Positions 1 through 23,897 of a DNA stretch of 64,000 nucleotides are shown here, piece by piece. Numbering within the stretch: the stretch's first letter is position 1; every line of letters begins with the position of its first letter. Source of the stretch: Balanoglossus misakiensis (Eukaryota; Animalia; Hemichordata); assembly GCA_040954595.2 (NCBI GenBank), contig CM082579.2, forward strand, positions 6,747,625 through 6,811,624, in the 5' to 3' direction. A program made the translations under genes and the position numbers. The notes below the pieces were generated by a model. It was not told where the DNA came from and ran no database searches. It worked only from the letters and a program-made list of their open reading frames with translations.

Positions 1-15
1 GTATAAAAGACTTAC

Positions 16-440
16 CGGTCTTCTCGGCCATATTCGGTTGTTGTAGTTTTGCTACCAAAAAGTCCTGCGAAGTAAAATGGACAAACTTTGGTTAGTAACA
101 CTGAAAAAAATTGTTCAAATCTTCCGGACCTTCCAGCAACCCTGACCAAACGGACGGTCATTTTCACAGCTGCGAACAACATTCGTCAACCAAGCAACAA
201 CAGCTGCAATCAATGCAGCTGGGCAGCGGGTGCTCTCGCTCAGAACCATTTACCATCGTTACGAGTAAAATGGAAACATGCATATTGAAGGATGGTTTTG
301 AGCGACCTGAGGAAGACTGTTTCTCGGCAGGCGAATCCTTCAGAATCTTTCACGGTCAAAGGTACGGAAGCTATGCGGAGAACACTTACCCAGACAGCCA
401 AAAGGTATCGGTGACCAGCAGAGAACAGCTCCTGAAACAT
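16..440 (-). CDS. 5' exons of an unidentified gene continuing beyond the window start
   Basis: Exon 390-440 (ATG at 440, donor TGG|gtaagt) splices in frame to exon 16-64 (acceptor ttcgcag, donor G|gtaagt), giving MFQELFSAGHRYLLAVWDFLVAKLQQPNMAEKT. A second in-frame ATG with better context (aatATGG) is at 31. Too short to name. Confidence 0.55.
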
Positions 441-579
441 GCAGTGAGGACGTCTCAAAGTCTCAAGTGAGATTGTTAGAACATGAAATCTTGTCGAGCT
501 TAAATAGGGTTTCGAGCAAGCTCAAAGTTTAAAATGGGTGGAGTTGACACATTTGTGTTTTCTTTTTACACGTTCCTTG

Positions 580-640
580 TCGGAGGCGGAGCCGCGGGAC
601 CAACGTTTATTTTGGCCCAGTACAGCCAATGAGCGCCGAG
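580..640. promoter_or_regulatory. GC-box/CCAAT promoter, probably for the minus-strand gene
   Basis: GGAGGCGGAG at about 582-591 and AGCCAATGAG at about 624-633 in a CpG-rich stretch upstream of exon 390-440. Confidence 0.4.
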
Positions 641-2291
641 GGTCGAGGGACTAATGTTATTCTTAGAAGTCTCGTTCACGGCGTGGGTCTCGGGGGATTT
701 TTGAGAGGTGTCAAACGACATGGGCGTTTTGTCGACTTTTCAGATCATGGGTTTCAACTCTGACATTTAAAATAAAAGTCGTGAGCGTAGTTTCTGAAAG
801 ACGATTTTTGCCGTGAAATGTTTCTCGTGTCGGCTTGGACCACTTCTACACCACCTCGGTCTGTGTCGTTAGATTTCACCGTTGCACCTGTTATTTGGGG
901 ACTGTACACGTTCGTACGGGGTTAATATTCCTTCTGGTGTTTTGCCACCACCCTCTCGTCCTCACCCCGCCACTGCCGATGATCATCCGGGTCATGGTCG
1001 CTCCATGCCCGGGCAAGAAATTATGAAATCAGTCGTCTTCAATCTGCGCTAAATAACGTACACTGCATGGTGTACAGTGTCGGGTGCTGTCCACTCGTTG
1101 CCGCTGCCTAACCTATGTCACCGTGTTTCGATATTTTTCTTAGAAAAATTCTAGTAATTTTAATCATAGACTACATGTACAGGTTTGTTCATTATGTGTT
1201 TTGAGAAACACCTGGCAATCTACTGTTTATTAAATCGATACTGATCAACAAGCGTGTTGTCTATGATAATTCGCCGATTATGTTGGCCATTAGCGACGAG
1301 GTGTGAACGTTTGACACCTGATACGAAACACAGGTGGGGGATGACAAACCATAGACCCTATGGACAAACCTTCAGACCATTGGCAGACATTTTTTGTAGT
1401 CAACTGACTTGTGACCGTGTCTCATCTGTATTTTAGGTAAAAATAATGTGTTATGTGTGTGTTCTAATGCATCAGTGTCCAAGCATTGGCTGTAGGTCGG
1501 TTACACCTTCTCGTCCCTGCTTTGAGAGAAATCTGTTGACGGGGTTGAAGACACACCCTTGTTAGGCAGGTGACAACGGTGTTGTCCTGCCGCCTTCCGT
1601 CCTAGTCGACCGGGGCGAGACGAATGCCCCAAAGAAACCAATGAAAACAGTAGGATATATCGAGCATGTAGGAAGGAGATACTGGATTTGAACATAGTGG
1701 TAGAATTATTTTGTAACTATAGGGTCAGCGTGGTTTTATTAGTGACAAAACGCGAACGTTGAAAGTTATAACACACAGAGTACATAGTTTAAAAAAAATA
1801 AGAAAGTGTGGGGTGTGTCGTTTCAAAATCGTTTCGTTCACGTAGGGGCTTTCTCAGGCCTACGGCTAGACTCACCCATTGGTCGCTTGGTAAATTTTTT
1901 GTCTGTATAAAGATTCGATGGTTCATCGTCTCGTAATTTTTACTCATTTTTTGTGTTTGGTTGTTTTGGGCGAGTTTCTGTACTGAGCTGAGTTTCGAAA
2001 TCGGGGCTGAGTTGACGGTTTCGGAATATGCTATTCCACGATGCAATCCGATCATACCACCTGTTGATTGACAGAAACGCTGATTGACATTTGCACACGA
2101 TTTTATCAGATTCAGACGACACTTATCTTCGCGAAGTTCTATTTGCAGAAAACACAACTTATGTAAATGTGACCTTTTGGGTTTGGGGATAAAAACCGGT
2201 CTCGACGGTGGCAAGATTCACTCACGTTCGTCGCCCGAAAGCAAGAACACGTTCTCGCCGTCCTGCAATATATCGTTCTGACAGAAAAGCC

Positions 2292-5200
2292 ATGGAGAAA
2301 ACTGGTAAGTCATGACTTTATAGGCGTTTAGTCCATGTACAATGTAGTCTCTGCTTTATTTGCCAAAATCATTTCTACTTGACATAACCATTTCTTCATG
2401 CTGCATGATCATGAGCCATCATGATCTTTCAACTTTCAGTGTTCCAAGCCCAATGGGGGAACATGTACTTTCTTTGTCGCGAACCGAATGATTTCCCCTG
2501 AAATAAACCCCGGATATCAAGTACCCCCATGTGCACGTTTTCGATTTTGACGATCACGGTTTTTTATTCATTCAGATTACGAGTACATCGTCATCGGAGC
2601 CGGTCCCGCCGGCGTCCAGATGGCCTACAGCATGGAGAAGACGGGAAAAGATTACATCGTGCTGGAGAGGAACGACTGCGTCGGTTCCTTCTACCAGAAG
2701 TACCCGCGTCATCGCACTCTGATCTCCATCAACAAGAAGCACAACTACTTCAAGGAGAGAGAATTCAATCTGCGACATGATTGGAACTCACTGGTCTGCG
2801 ATGAAGGCGACGACGATATCTCTTTCTGCGATTACTCAGACGAGCTGTTTCCAGATGCAGGTCTTCTGGTCGAGTAAGTCGAGCTTTCGTTTTTTTTTCC
2901 GTTAGGCCTATGCTTCATACTTCAAGACATTGGAGTATGGCATACTATTGTTTCGTTTTTACCCTGACTGATCCGACTGTTCGTTTATTTTTTCCAGCTA
3001 TTTGCGCGACTTTGCCAAGAAGTTCAACCTGAAGGTGCGTTTCAACACCAACATCGTCAAAGTGCACAGAGAAGCCGTAATGGACAGAAGACACCCGTCG
3101 CGTTTCACCATCACCGACCAGAACGGTAAAATATTCACCTGTAAAGTCCTGATCGTCGGCACCGGTCCAGCTCTTCCCAATGTCCCGGATATTGAAGGCA
3201 TCGATCTGGTGGACACCTATCAAGATCATACTCTAGACTTGAAGGAGTACGAGAACAAGAAAGTTTTGATTCTCGGCGGTGGAAACAGCGCTTTTGAGGT
3301 AAGATATAGGATCACGTAACGCTTGAGGGACAATTTTTTGGCAACAAACGGACATGAATGTGGGAAACATGATTTTTGATTTTTGTCACGAATTATTTAT
3401 ATATGTACTAATGTTTTTCCCTAATTTTAATTTACAGTGCTCCGACTACTTAGCCGGCAGTGCGGCCATCATTCACATGTGCACGCGCACGCCCGTCAAG
3501 TTGGCGTGGGACACTCACTTCGTGGGTCATCTGAGAGCCGTCAACAACAACGTCCTCGACATGTACCACCTGAAATCCCTCCACGCTCTCCGCCAGTGCG
3601 ACACCAAGAAGTTCGTCCGAGAGGCTGACGGTACAATCACGCAGACCTTCGAGATGGAACTGCCCCACTGGGACCCACCAGGCACCGCTACTTTCACCAG
3701 CAAGGGCTACGACAAAGTCATTCTGGCGACAGGATGGAAGTTCGTCAACATTGACATGTTTGACGAAACTTGTAAACCAGGTAAGGCAATCCATCCAGTT
3801 GGCCTATTGGTACATGTAGTTCAATATGTTTATTTTATTTTTATGTGCTTTGGTTGCAAAGGGTATCAAAGTATGTTTGAAACTTATACTTTCGATCTCA
3901 AATTTCTGACAGAAACCCACACAGAGGGCAGATATGTCGTCCTGGACGAACACTGGCAGTCAACGGTGCCGGATCTCTACTTCATCGGCACCGTGATGCA
4001 GTCCCGTGACCGTAAAGCTGCCTCCGGCTTCATCCACGGCTTCCGATACAATGTCCGCACCCTGAGCGGAATGCTTGGCGCCCGCTACGACGACGACGAG
4101 CTGCCGAAGAAGACTTTCAAATCTCTCGACTCGGAAGAACTGTCCAAGTTCATGATTGGTAGGTGTTTTGGCATTGTGCGAATTATCTGACATTGTTTTA
4201 ATAACAATCGAGTGTGTTACATAAAAAAGTTGTGTACAATGCGGAATGAAACAGGTTGACGTTGCAAAATGAAGATAACTGATCATTATTTTTCGGTTCG
4301 TATCTTTTCAGAACGCGTCAGCACAACGTCCGCTTTGTACCAGATGGGACAGGGTTACCTTTGTGACGTCATGGTAATCAAGCCAACAGACAAAGAAGGT
4401 AAGATTCATAACACGTTATTTTCTTTCTATCACACGAACGTATAAAACAACCTTCTCTAAAGAATAGATCGAGTGTTTGCTATCTAGGAATTTGTGTAAA
4501 ATTGGTTTTTAAAAAAAAGACAGGATCTACCCTTCCTAGGACCATCAGTGACAGTTCGACCCAGTCAATGTTTGCTATCTAGGAATTCTTCTATTTCTAA
4601 ATAATAAGTCCCCTTTATTATTTTATTTCAAGGTGGCAAAGAGGAGATGGCGGGAACAGCGGAATATTATTATGAATTGCCACAACAATGGGTATTGAAG
4701 AATGATTACTTCATGAGTCAGGAGAACGTCTTGATCGTTACAATTGAAGACAATCACAACAGGTAAGCCAAGTCGACAATTATGGTTCTTAGTGTTTCTC
4801 TTTCAAGGACAGTCTTTATATTCTAAACAGCATTTGTCGATTGATACATGATCACATACCACGTTTCTTTTCTTCTTTCCCCAGTTTTCCTAAAATGAGC
4901 GTGACAGAATTCTTCAAACCCGGCGACATGAACCCCCGAGACTGCAAATGCACGGCGTTCCCCCAGGGCGTGTACCGCTCGTACAAGCGGGGCGTACTCC
5001 AAGAAGAACTTCACTTGGGCGGGTCGTTGGTTGTCAGGGCAGACAAACAGATCTTCGTCGGCGACAACAACCCAAACAGGTTCACCAATAAAATCAAGAA
5101 TTTACTCCACAGACAGGTATGTATCGTGTCAAACGTTTTTTTTTTCAAGAATATGTGTGTGTTTTGAAGTTGCTTTACATTTCTTCTTATCACCGCGGGC

Positions 5201-5399
5201 TTCTAACCTTGATTGTTCCGTCTTCTTGTCCAAACAGATCGGTCTTGGACGCGGCGACCACTTCGAGAGACTCTTCCCACAGGAGGAATGGGAGAAGAAT
5301 TACAGACCCTGGACTCCAGAGGAGATCGAGGAGAAGCGTTACGTGGAACTCGCAGCCAAGACGGTGAAGTCGGAGTGCAGACTTGGTTTGGTGGAATGA
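2292..5399 (+). CDS. FOXRED2: FOXRED2-like FAD/NAD(P)-dependent oxidoreductase, about 603 aa, 9 exons
   Basis: Exons 2292-2304, 2576-2873, 2998-3298, 3438-3780, 3913-4158, 4312-4398, 4633-4762, 4885-5116, 5238-5399; all GT-AG, 1812 nt in frame. Motifs VIGAGPAG (FAD), YPRHRTLISINK, RHDWNSL, ILGGGNSAFE (NAD(P)), THFVGHLRAVNN and GFIHGFRY match the FOXRED2 family. AATAAA near 5718. The symbol indicates family, not proven orthology. Confidence 0.85.
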
Positions 5400-6925
5400 A
5401 CCCGTATACGCGTAGCCCACTGAAGGCCATGACGAGGGAAATTTTCGTAGATGTATACACGTGTCAACACACTAAACGCGAACATTTCATCGCATTTGGC
5501 GATATGTTGTTTGTTACTCTTCTTACTTGCCAGCATTCAGTTTATACTAAATAGGATTTGTGAATTCCACAAAGGCAACAGAGTTGTACTACTGGCGGAA
5601 AGGAAATCTGAATCCAGTACATGTATTTGATAACTTTTGGTAATGCAATTACTTTTCATATTCATGATTAAATTTTGTTCAACTAATATATCATTGTGTG
5701 CATTGTCTCTGTCTATGAATAAAAAAGCACCATTGTAATGCCACTGCCGACCGACCGAACGTAACACATGTACATGTACTTTATATCAACAATACATATT
5801 CTGAACTACACTTTTTCCCCCCAGGATAAAGTGTGATTATGACCACTAGGGGCGCTATCCACACACAAAATTTACATGCAAAATGGTTGGCAATGTACAT
5901 GTATTTTTTTATTGATAATTTGGTAGATATAACCTTGATATGGAACTTGGAAATTAAGCACTAAAAGAACTGACAATACTTGCTGTGGGAACATAAATAA
6001 TTTACATAAATTTGTCAGCAACCTTTAATTAAAATTAAGAGTTACTCCCATTTTTTTTATGCAGTACAATGTGAGAAACCTGTGAATTCTGGTCTCCTTA
6101 ATCTGTGCAAAGCTGGAATCACTTTCTTGTAACTAAAATAAACATTATATTCATCAAAAAAATTCCAAAATATCTAACTTCAGTCATAAATGGTGCCGTT
6201 CACTCAGTCTTGTAACATTGTACACATACACACAATTCATCCACAGACTACAGGGCAGTTTGTTTGCATTTTAGATAGCAAGAATTATAATTATAAGAAC
6301 GCAGAATGCCCCTCCCCCTCAACAACCTTCAAATGCCATTAAAACCCAGAAACTACATCCTTCTGTGAACTGAACTGAACTAAAAACACATTCAGACCAC
6401 ATACACATATTGCTTGTTACAACGACCAGCCCCCTCCCTCAAATGCAAGTCATCCCGCTTGTCCCAATATACATAGCACCATCAGGTTCATAACCTAACA
6501 CTGGTGATTAACTCATCAAAATGTGAAAATAAAGATACACCTATCAAATAAAATCATAAAACATCCCCAAATCTGCAACTTACAAACGTTGCTGCTGGCT
6601 GAATTTACAAGAACATTTTTGTTAGGGGGTAAATAATTGCAAGATTTGGGAAAATGACACAGAAGGGATCAGAATACTAAATTTATTCGAAAAACAGACT
6701 CCATGAAATAGAAATGATTATAATAAGAATGTCATGGTGATAGCTGTTTGACATCTATCCAGACAGACACTCCACAATTGCCCACTGCAAATCTAAGGCA
6801 TCTACCGGCAAAGCTCTAACTTTTCCTTCAGGTTGGTGTAAAACTACTCTCTATTTCTCTACTACTGTTCACATCAATAGGGCTTGATAAGTGTGGTGTC
6901 CTCGGCGATGACGACAAATGATCAG

Positions 6926-17695
<10,770 letters not shown>

Positions 17696-18494
17696 AAATT
17701 CGGGTAAAATGGTAACAAATTCCCGGCTAGTTTCTGTGGTTCGCCAGATTGTATTCAGCTACGCCATATGCTGACGTCCAAGATGTCTGCCGTGACCTGC
17801 TCACTACTACTTTATATTCAAAATCAATGCACGACGAGATACGATATCCAGAATTTTCGCACCATCGACAAATAATTTTACATATTTCTGCTTGCCTTAC
17901 AAAATAAATTTTAATGTTTTCTTTTGTTTAATATAAATGCAATAAATGTTGACTTGTTGAAAAAAATGTCAAGGTTTCACAGCGAAATAGCGGAAGGATA
18001 TTTCGGTGAAGCAGTAAAGAGAACGTCCTTGAAGCAGTTCACCGGGTAAAAATAGACGTACAATGCATGGTGGACAATGTATGGGGTTTATGGTGGTGAA
18101 AAACAAACCGATGACAAAATGCCTTTTCGTTTTGCTTGTGAAAAATCGTACAGGTAAAAGACCCAATTTCGTAAAATAAAAAACCGAAGCCCTAAAAGTG
18201 CCAAACAAGCTCGTGATGCATGCAAATTTATGTATATGTTTAGACCCTAAACATCAACACGTATGATACACATGATACATGTGATAAACAGGCGATGCGC
18301 AGTAATATTTAAATGTGATAACGTAGAATTTTCAAAGTTGGCGAAATTGCTTTTCACATATACCAAATTTCGTGTTCGCAGTCTACTGAGCCCCTTTCTC
18401 TGTGAATAGCGTCCAGTAAAGTATGTTTTTCCCCCACTTTATGACGAGAATTATGTTTTGAGCGGATGGATAAAAGTAAATCGGCAAATTTCTC

Positions 18495-18655
18495 TCATCT
18501 GATTGGCCTAAAATGATGTCATATCCATATATGGGGAAGGGGTCGACGAAAGACATCGACTGGGCTCGCCCTACATTTTGAACTGCACTATACCGCTGGA
18601 CTATCTTGCAGTAGGTGACACTTGATTAGGGTCTCTGCTCGACGATTTACAAGTT
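18495..18655 (+). promoter_or_regulatory. CArG-box promoter and probable non-coding exon 1 of the beta-thymosin locus, head-to-head with OGT
   Basis: Inverted CCAAT (GATTGG, 18501), perfect CArG CCATATATGG (18525-18534) and a donor AAGTT|gtaagt at 18656 that could join the thymosin acceptor at 21590. The assignment is inference. Confidence 0.55.
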
Positions 18656-19210
18656 GTAAGTACATTTTGTATCTCATTTGTTTGCCTTCAAAGTTTTTTT
18701 TCTTATGTTGCATCGGTTTTGAAAAAAATTAGTTCCAGTGCCCTCAGGTAGATATCGCGCAGAGCAAAACGAAAACGCCCATTTTTTTTTACTTTCTCGT
18801 GAAAAGTGCAAGTGACTTTTCAACACGCTTTGCAACTGGTGCACATCGGTGTATATTTCTTCAGTTTTTGCGAAAAAATATTCCAAATCTTATTTCAAAC
18901 GAATTATTTACATATGTCAGCGTGTTTTAAACACATTTTCTGTCATGAAAACTTTGCTATGCTGCAAAATTTTCATCTGCGCATCTTCTAAAAGCTTACT
19001 TCCCGCCTATAGCAGGAAATGTGCGCTCGTGGCGATTTTTTTTATTGAAGGAACAAGGAAGTAGCGGAATGTTGGCTTTCACTTCCTTTCTCGCAATGAA
19101 ACAAAATCCTTCCTCTCGCATGTTTAAAGCACTGAACATTTTATTTCTCGGCCATAATTGCAAAGTCTGCCAAGGTTGAATTTTTTGCGACTTACTTCAA
19201 GTTTAGATTA

Positions 19211-20291
19211 GGGACTGTCCAGAATTTACTTCCAGGGTGGGGCTGGAGGATTTCTTATTTTCCTGGTGATTTTTTTTCCATGGCCCCCCTTTGTAAATTG
19301 TGGAGGAAATCTGTGGCCCCCCCGTAAATTTCCTGTTTTTTTTTCCATGACCCCCCCCCCCCCCAATATATACATGCATGCTTACCGGTACAGACTACGA
19401 CACATACAGTCTGATAAGGCTGCATTTACAAACACCTCTGGAAGGGGGGGGAGAATTAAATTTTTTTTACCGTTAATTTTCACATGCCCCCGTACACAAC
19501 CCGAAATATTTTCAAATCCCCCCCTTCCGAACAGCTTAAAATTTTGAAATCCCACCCCCCATTTTCTTTCACACAGCAAAACACATCACCTATCTATCTT
19601 GTAAAAAAAGAAAAACAGCGCTCCCATGAAAAGAATTTGAAACTGATGTTTTTCCTCATCAGTGGATATTAAAACTGAACATTGTTTATATTTGTTAAGT
19701 ATTTGTATTCTGTGTTGGCAGATATTGTAAACCGAGAAGTGAAGAGGGTGGGTTTGGGAGGGGGTGTCCCCCTCCCCTGTAAGAAAATTTTATAAAATAC
19801 AGAGCTCAAAGCTGCATTTTAATGAACCCAAAAGCAAATTAACTTTTTATATACATATATGAATGATTGATGAGAAAATTAACGAATTCTAGTCTGGACT
19901 TGAATTGAGCTCGTCAACAGTAACAACACTGACTGTTCACTGTACATTTATGGTCTGTGCTGGCAGGCCAAATACTGGGCATTTTATTATGCTTCACAGA
20001 GTAGAACAAGAAACTGTAGTAGATATACAAAATAACCCACCGTAAAAATTACCGGAAATTCAAGATTATGAAGATTTAATGCACTGTCATCCAGGTAGCC
20101 ATGGTGGTTTGTTTCTTATAAATCAGTACTTCTGGGCAAATATTGAGTTTGTGAGAGTTTTTTACATGGCCCCCCCCTAAAGGATTGTGATTTTTATGTC
20201 TGACCCCCCCCCTAATTTTTCTTGGGGAAAATGGGTGGCCCCCCCTGAAAATCCTCCAGCCCCCCCCTGGAAGTAAATTCTGGACAGTCCC
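19211..20291. mobile_element. Non-autonomous PIF/Harbinger-type DNA transposon, 1081 bp
   Basis: 43-bp terminal inverted repeats GGGACTGTCCAGAATTTACTTCCAGGG(T/G)GGGGCTGGAGGATTT with one mismatch, flanked by a TTA duplication (19208-19210 and 20292-20294). No transposase ORF. Confidence 0.88.
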
Positions 20292-20849
20292 TTATGATAC
20301 AGCAATATTTTATGTTATGGCAGCCTCTTCCATCCATTTTTCTCTTCCTTTAATCTGAGTACGTCACATTGGTCTAGAGTTTTATAATTAAAAAAAAAGG
20401 CAAATGAGAGATGAGAATTTCGCCCCTCCCTATATGAATATTCATTTCGGTGCCTGTCGTGTTGAAAGTTTGGAGATCCGAGTCATGAATTATGTATTGC
20501 GGAAACTGACCAACAGAAACCCCCTACTGTAGCAATATGAATATTTAGCTTTTTTGGACGATTAAGACCAGTTTTTCACCGCTCGCACAGTCTCCCCAGC
20601 GAACTATTTTCGGAGAGCAAGACCTTGGCAGGCGAAGATAATGAATATGGGATGACAATTGAATCATGACATCAACTGGAGGGATTTTTTTTTTTTTTTG
20701 GGGGGGGGGGGGTCTGCTGTGTATAAACAACTGTTTTGTCATGAATGCCATTCTCCCAAGAATTTGTTGATGGTCTTTAAGACTGATATACATAACAATG
20801 CAAGTAATTATATTAAAGGTACATAGAGGGTCACCTCAAATTTACATAT

Positions 20850-21500
20850 GGTCAAAAGGGGACATGTCATACACAAGTCTTCAAATGACCATGTGGTGGC
20901 ACTTTTTAAGCAGTTTGCACCAGGGTGTATATATCTGTACAGTATAATTGGGTTTCAGGCAGGTTACAATAAAGTGCAAAGTGAGTTGTAGATGCAGCCT
21001 GTCAGAGTTGAAACTTCACAGAAGGTATAACAGGATCTCAAAGTGTTTGTGTAGTGTAATTTTAACCCCTTGAAGTTGAAAATAAGTTATAGTATACAAG
21101 TGGCTACAAGTTTGGTGTTAAGAAAGCCTTGGCTTCAGAGAGAATAGATCATGTTATTGTCTCCAACACAACATGGAAGGATATAGGTGCAGACAGTGAA
21201 TAGTGTCAGCATGCAGCAAAAGAAGTTTAGATTGGGACCTAGTGAGACAGTTTTAGCTAGCATCCAGGCATTGTTGTCAGTTTGGTGTAGTGAAGATTTC
21301 AAGATAGCCAGGATACATCATCGTATTTACAGTATAGGTAAGGAGATAGCTTAGTAAGTTGCCAGTTAGAAAATGTCAGAACTTATTAGATTTGACATTA
21401 AATATACTTGTAGTTGTACACTGTTAGATATGCCCACATCTTAAACGGATTGAGTGTTAATTTCACCATAGCCATTGTGCCCTCGACATGCAAAGGTATA
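20850..21500 (-). mobile_element. Heavily decayed LINE (CR1/L2-like) 3' fragment
   Basis: Strand-skewed sequence; the minus strand near 21320-21350 reads CCT ATA CTG TAA(A) TAC GAT GAT GTA TCC TGG, resembling the PILEYxxVxW motif downstream of CR1/L2-type reverse transcriptases. Boundaries approximate. Confidence 0.3.
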
Positions 21501-21552
21501 GGGCTGATTCAGAGAAATCTTGTGATTTGTTTTTACCACTGGTAGAAATTGA

Positions 21553-22093
<541 letters not shown>

Positions 22094-23502
22094 ACATCTA
22101 CTCCTTGTATCCATCCAAGAAATCCCTTCATTTGTGCAGCATTTCTTCTGCAGTAATAATCACCAAAGTAACTCCAATTATTCTGATTTCAGTTTTGTAG
22201 ATTTTTGTACAACTGTTAGAGTAGTTCTTTTGTAATCTGTCAGGGTCCTTTTCCGTTGTATGCAACTTCTGGGATTATGCAACGTCTTTTTTTTACATTG
22301 TGGGAAGATTTTGAGTGGACCAAAACCACTGGACATGTTACTGGATAATTCCATGTGTGTAAGGAAGACTACGATATTCCATAAATGTTATCGCTGATGA
22401 AATCAAACAGTAGACTGGAGTCTCTGAATTATGAACTGACAGAATGCCAAGAGGAGAACTTAGTAAGCGTAACCACCAATACTTGCCAACACAAGGAATG
22501 CTTTTATTTACAACCAAGGACAAAACCACAAGGACAATCACTTCTCCGGCTGCCCAACTTCTTCCTACGAATAGATGATTTTCAGGAAGTCCACCAGATC
22601 AGTGGTGTACAACCTGGTCAAAGCTCGAATATGTATATGTAGCGAGTTGAAGAGACCTATCTGATCAGCCAAATCGTGCAGAAATTTCAATTGTATCTTC
22701 TGTGGATTTACTTTTCAAGCATATTGTTTCATATGAGATTCAAAATGGTGCAGTCCTATAGGGCCACAGTAGTTGCATTGTAGTGAACTTGTAACTAGTA
22801 AAGATGTAAGGATCGCATATAGAGTAGATGAATAAATCCAACTTTACACAAGAAAATTTTTGTGGTCGTCTTAACTTTTTCACAAAGATGGTCCACCCGA
22901 GTCCCTTTTGCTAGTTCCAATCAGCTGTTTAGAGCAGCACACAGTTTTGAACAAAACTGTGTTCTGACCATCTAACCCAGGGGTTGGTAAGTATACACAA
23001 TTGTGAGCACATCGATGATCCCAACCCTGTCCAGTTATAGCTGCGCAGCCATAGCCAGACACTCCCGCCACACAGTGATCATAGCGCTAAGCATACAGTT
23101 CTGGTTGGCAAGGTTAGCATATTAAAGAAATTTTAGCTGCCATTTGGTATACAGTGGGAGCTTATTGTGGGACAGACGATCTAAAAAGGGGGGAAATAAA
23201 TGGTAAAAATTTTGCAGTGCTGGTCAGATTGCTTTGATGGATGTACCTTGGGTACATAGATTCATTTGTTTGCCAATATCATATGTAAACATTCAACCCT
23301 CACTAAATTCTTGTGATAAACGTTGGTGTGAATTGATTGGCTCCATTTTCGCTAAACTGTGTGATAACCCCCCCCCCCCCCCTTTAGTACTTTTGCTACA
23401 CCACCATGCATTACCCTGTTGTACCCCTTACGTCCAGGTGGAGACTGTTGTATTGACAATGACTTCTCCAATTTTTTTCACCTAGCTAAAACATTTCTGA
23501 AA

Positions 23503-23897
23503 ATGGGTGACAAACCAGATCTTGGTGAAGTCTCTAAGTTTGACAAAGGTCAACTCAAGGCAACAGAGACACAAGAGAAGAATCCTTTGCCATCCCAAGA
23601 AAGTATGTATGAATAAGAATAATTTATAACTTTTAATGTGATTTGTTCTTTCCAATCACATTTTTATGTTTGTTGCATCTGAAGGAGGGGACTGCATGTC
23701 CCCGAAAGCTCATGCTTCACAACATCTTTTAGCTGACCGAGCTATAGAGTGAAACAAACCCGACTCCATTTTATATTGACAATCAGCACGGCCACAGTAC
23801 AACGACTGGGTGAGTATGATGGAGACCACCGTCCTCACACAAGACATTTTTCTTCTGTTTTTCAGCAATTGAAGCAGAGAAGAAGGCTAGTAGTTAG
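23503..23897 (+). CDS. TMSB: Beta-thymosin unit B, 43 aa
   Basis: Exons 23503-23602 and 23866-23897 encode [43 protein letters not shown]. Acceptor at 23486, same intron position as unit A, AATAAA at 24290. Confidence 0.93.
23675..23715 (+). ncRNA. Minimal type I hammerhead-ribozyme-like motif of Penelope-like element type
   Basis: GCAT-CTGAAGGA-GGGGAC-tgcat-GTCCCC-GAAA-GC-TC-ATGC: stem I GCAT/ATGC, 6-bp stem II, GAAA, palindromic AGCT in place of stem III, UC cleavage site. The core deviates from CUGANGA. Confidence 0.7.

Noticed and set aside
305-340. Hammerhead-like CTGAGGAAG-ACTG...CAGG-CGAAT
   Set aside because: Stem II is mismatched, GAAA is broken and there is no stem I.
22769-22785. 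Partial match to miR-33 (GTAGTTGCATTG)
   Set aside because: Only 12 nt match, no hairpin, and it lies in the thymosin A 3' UTR.
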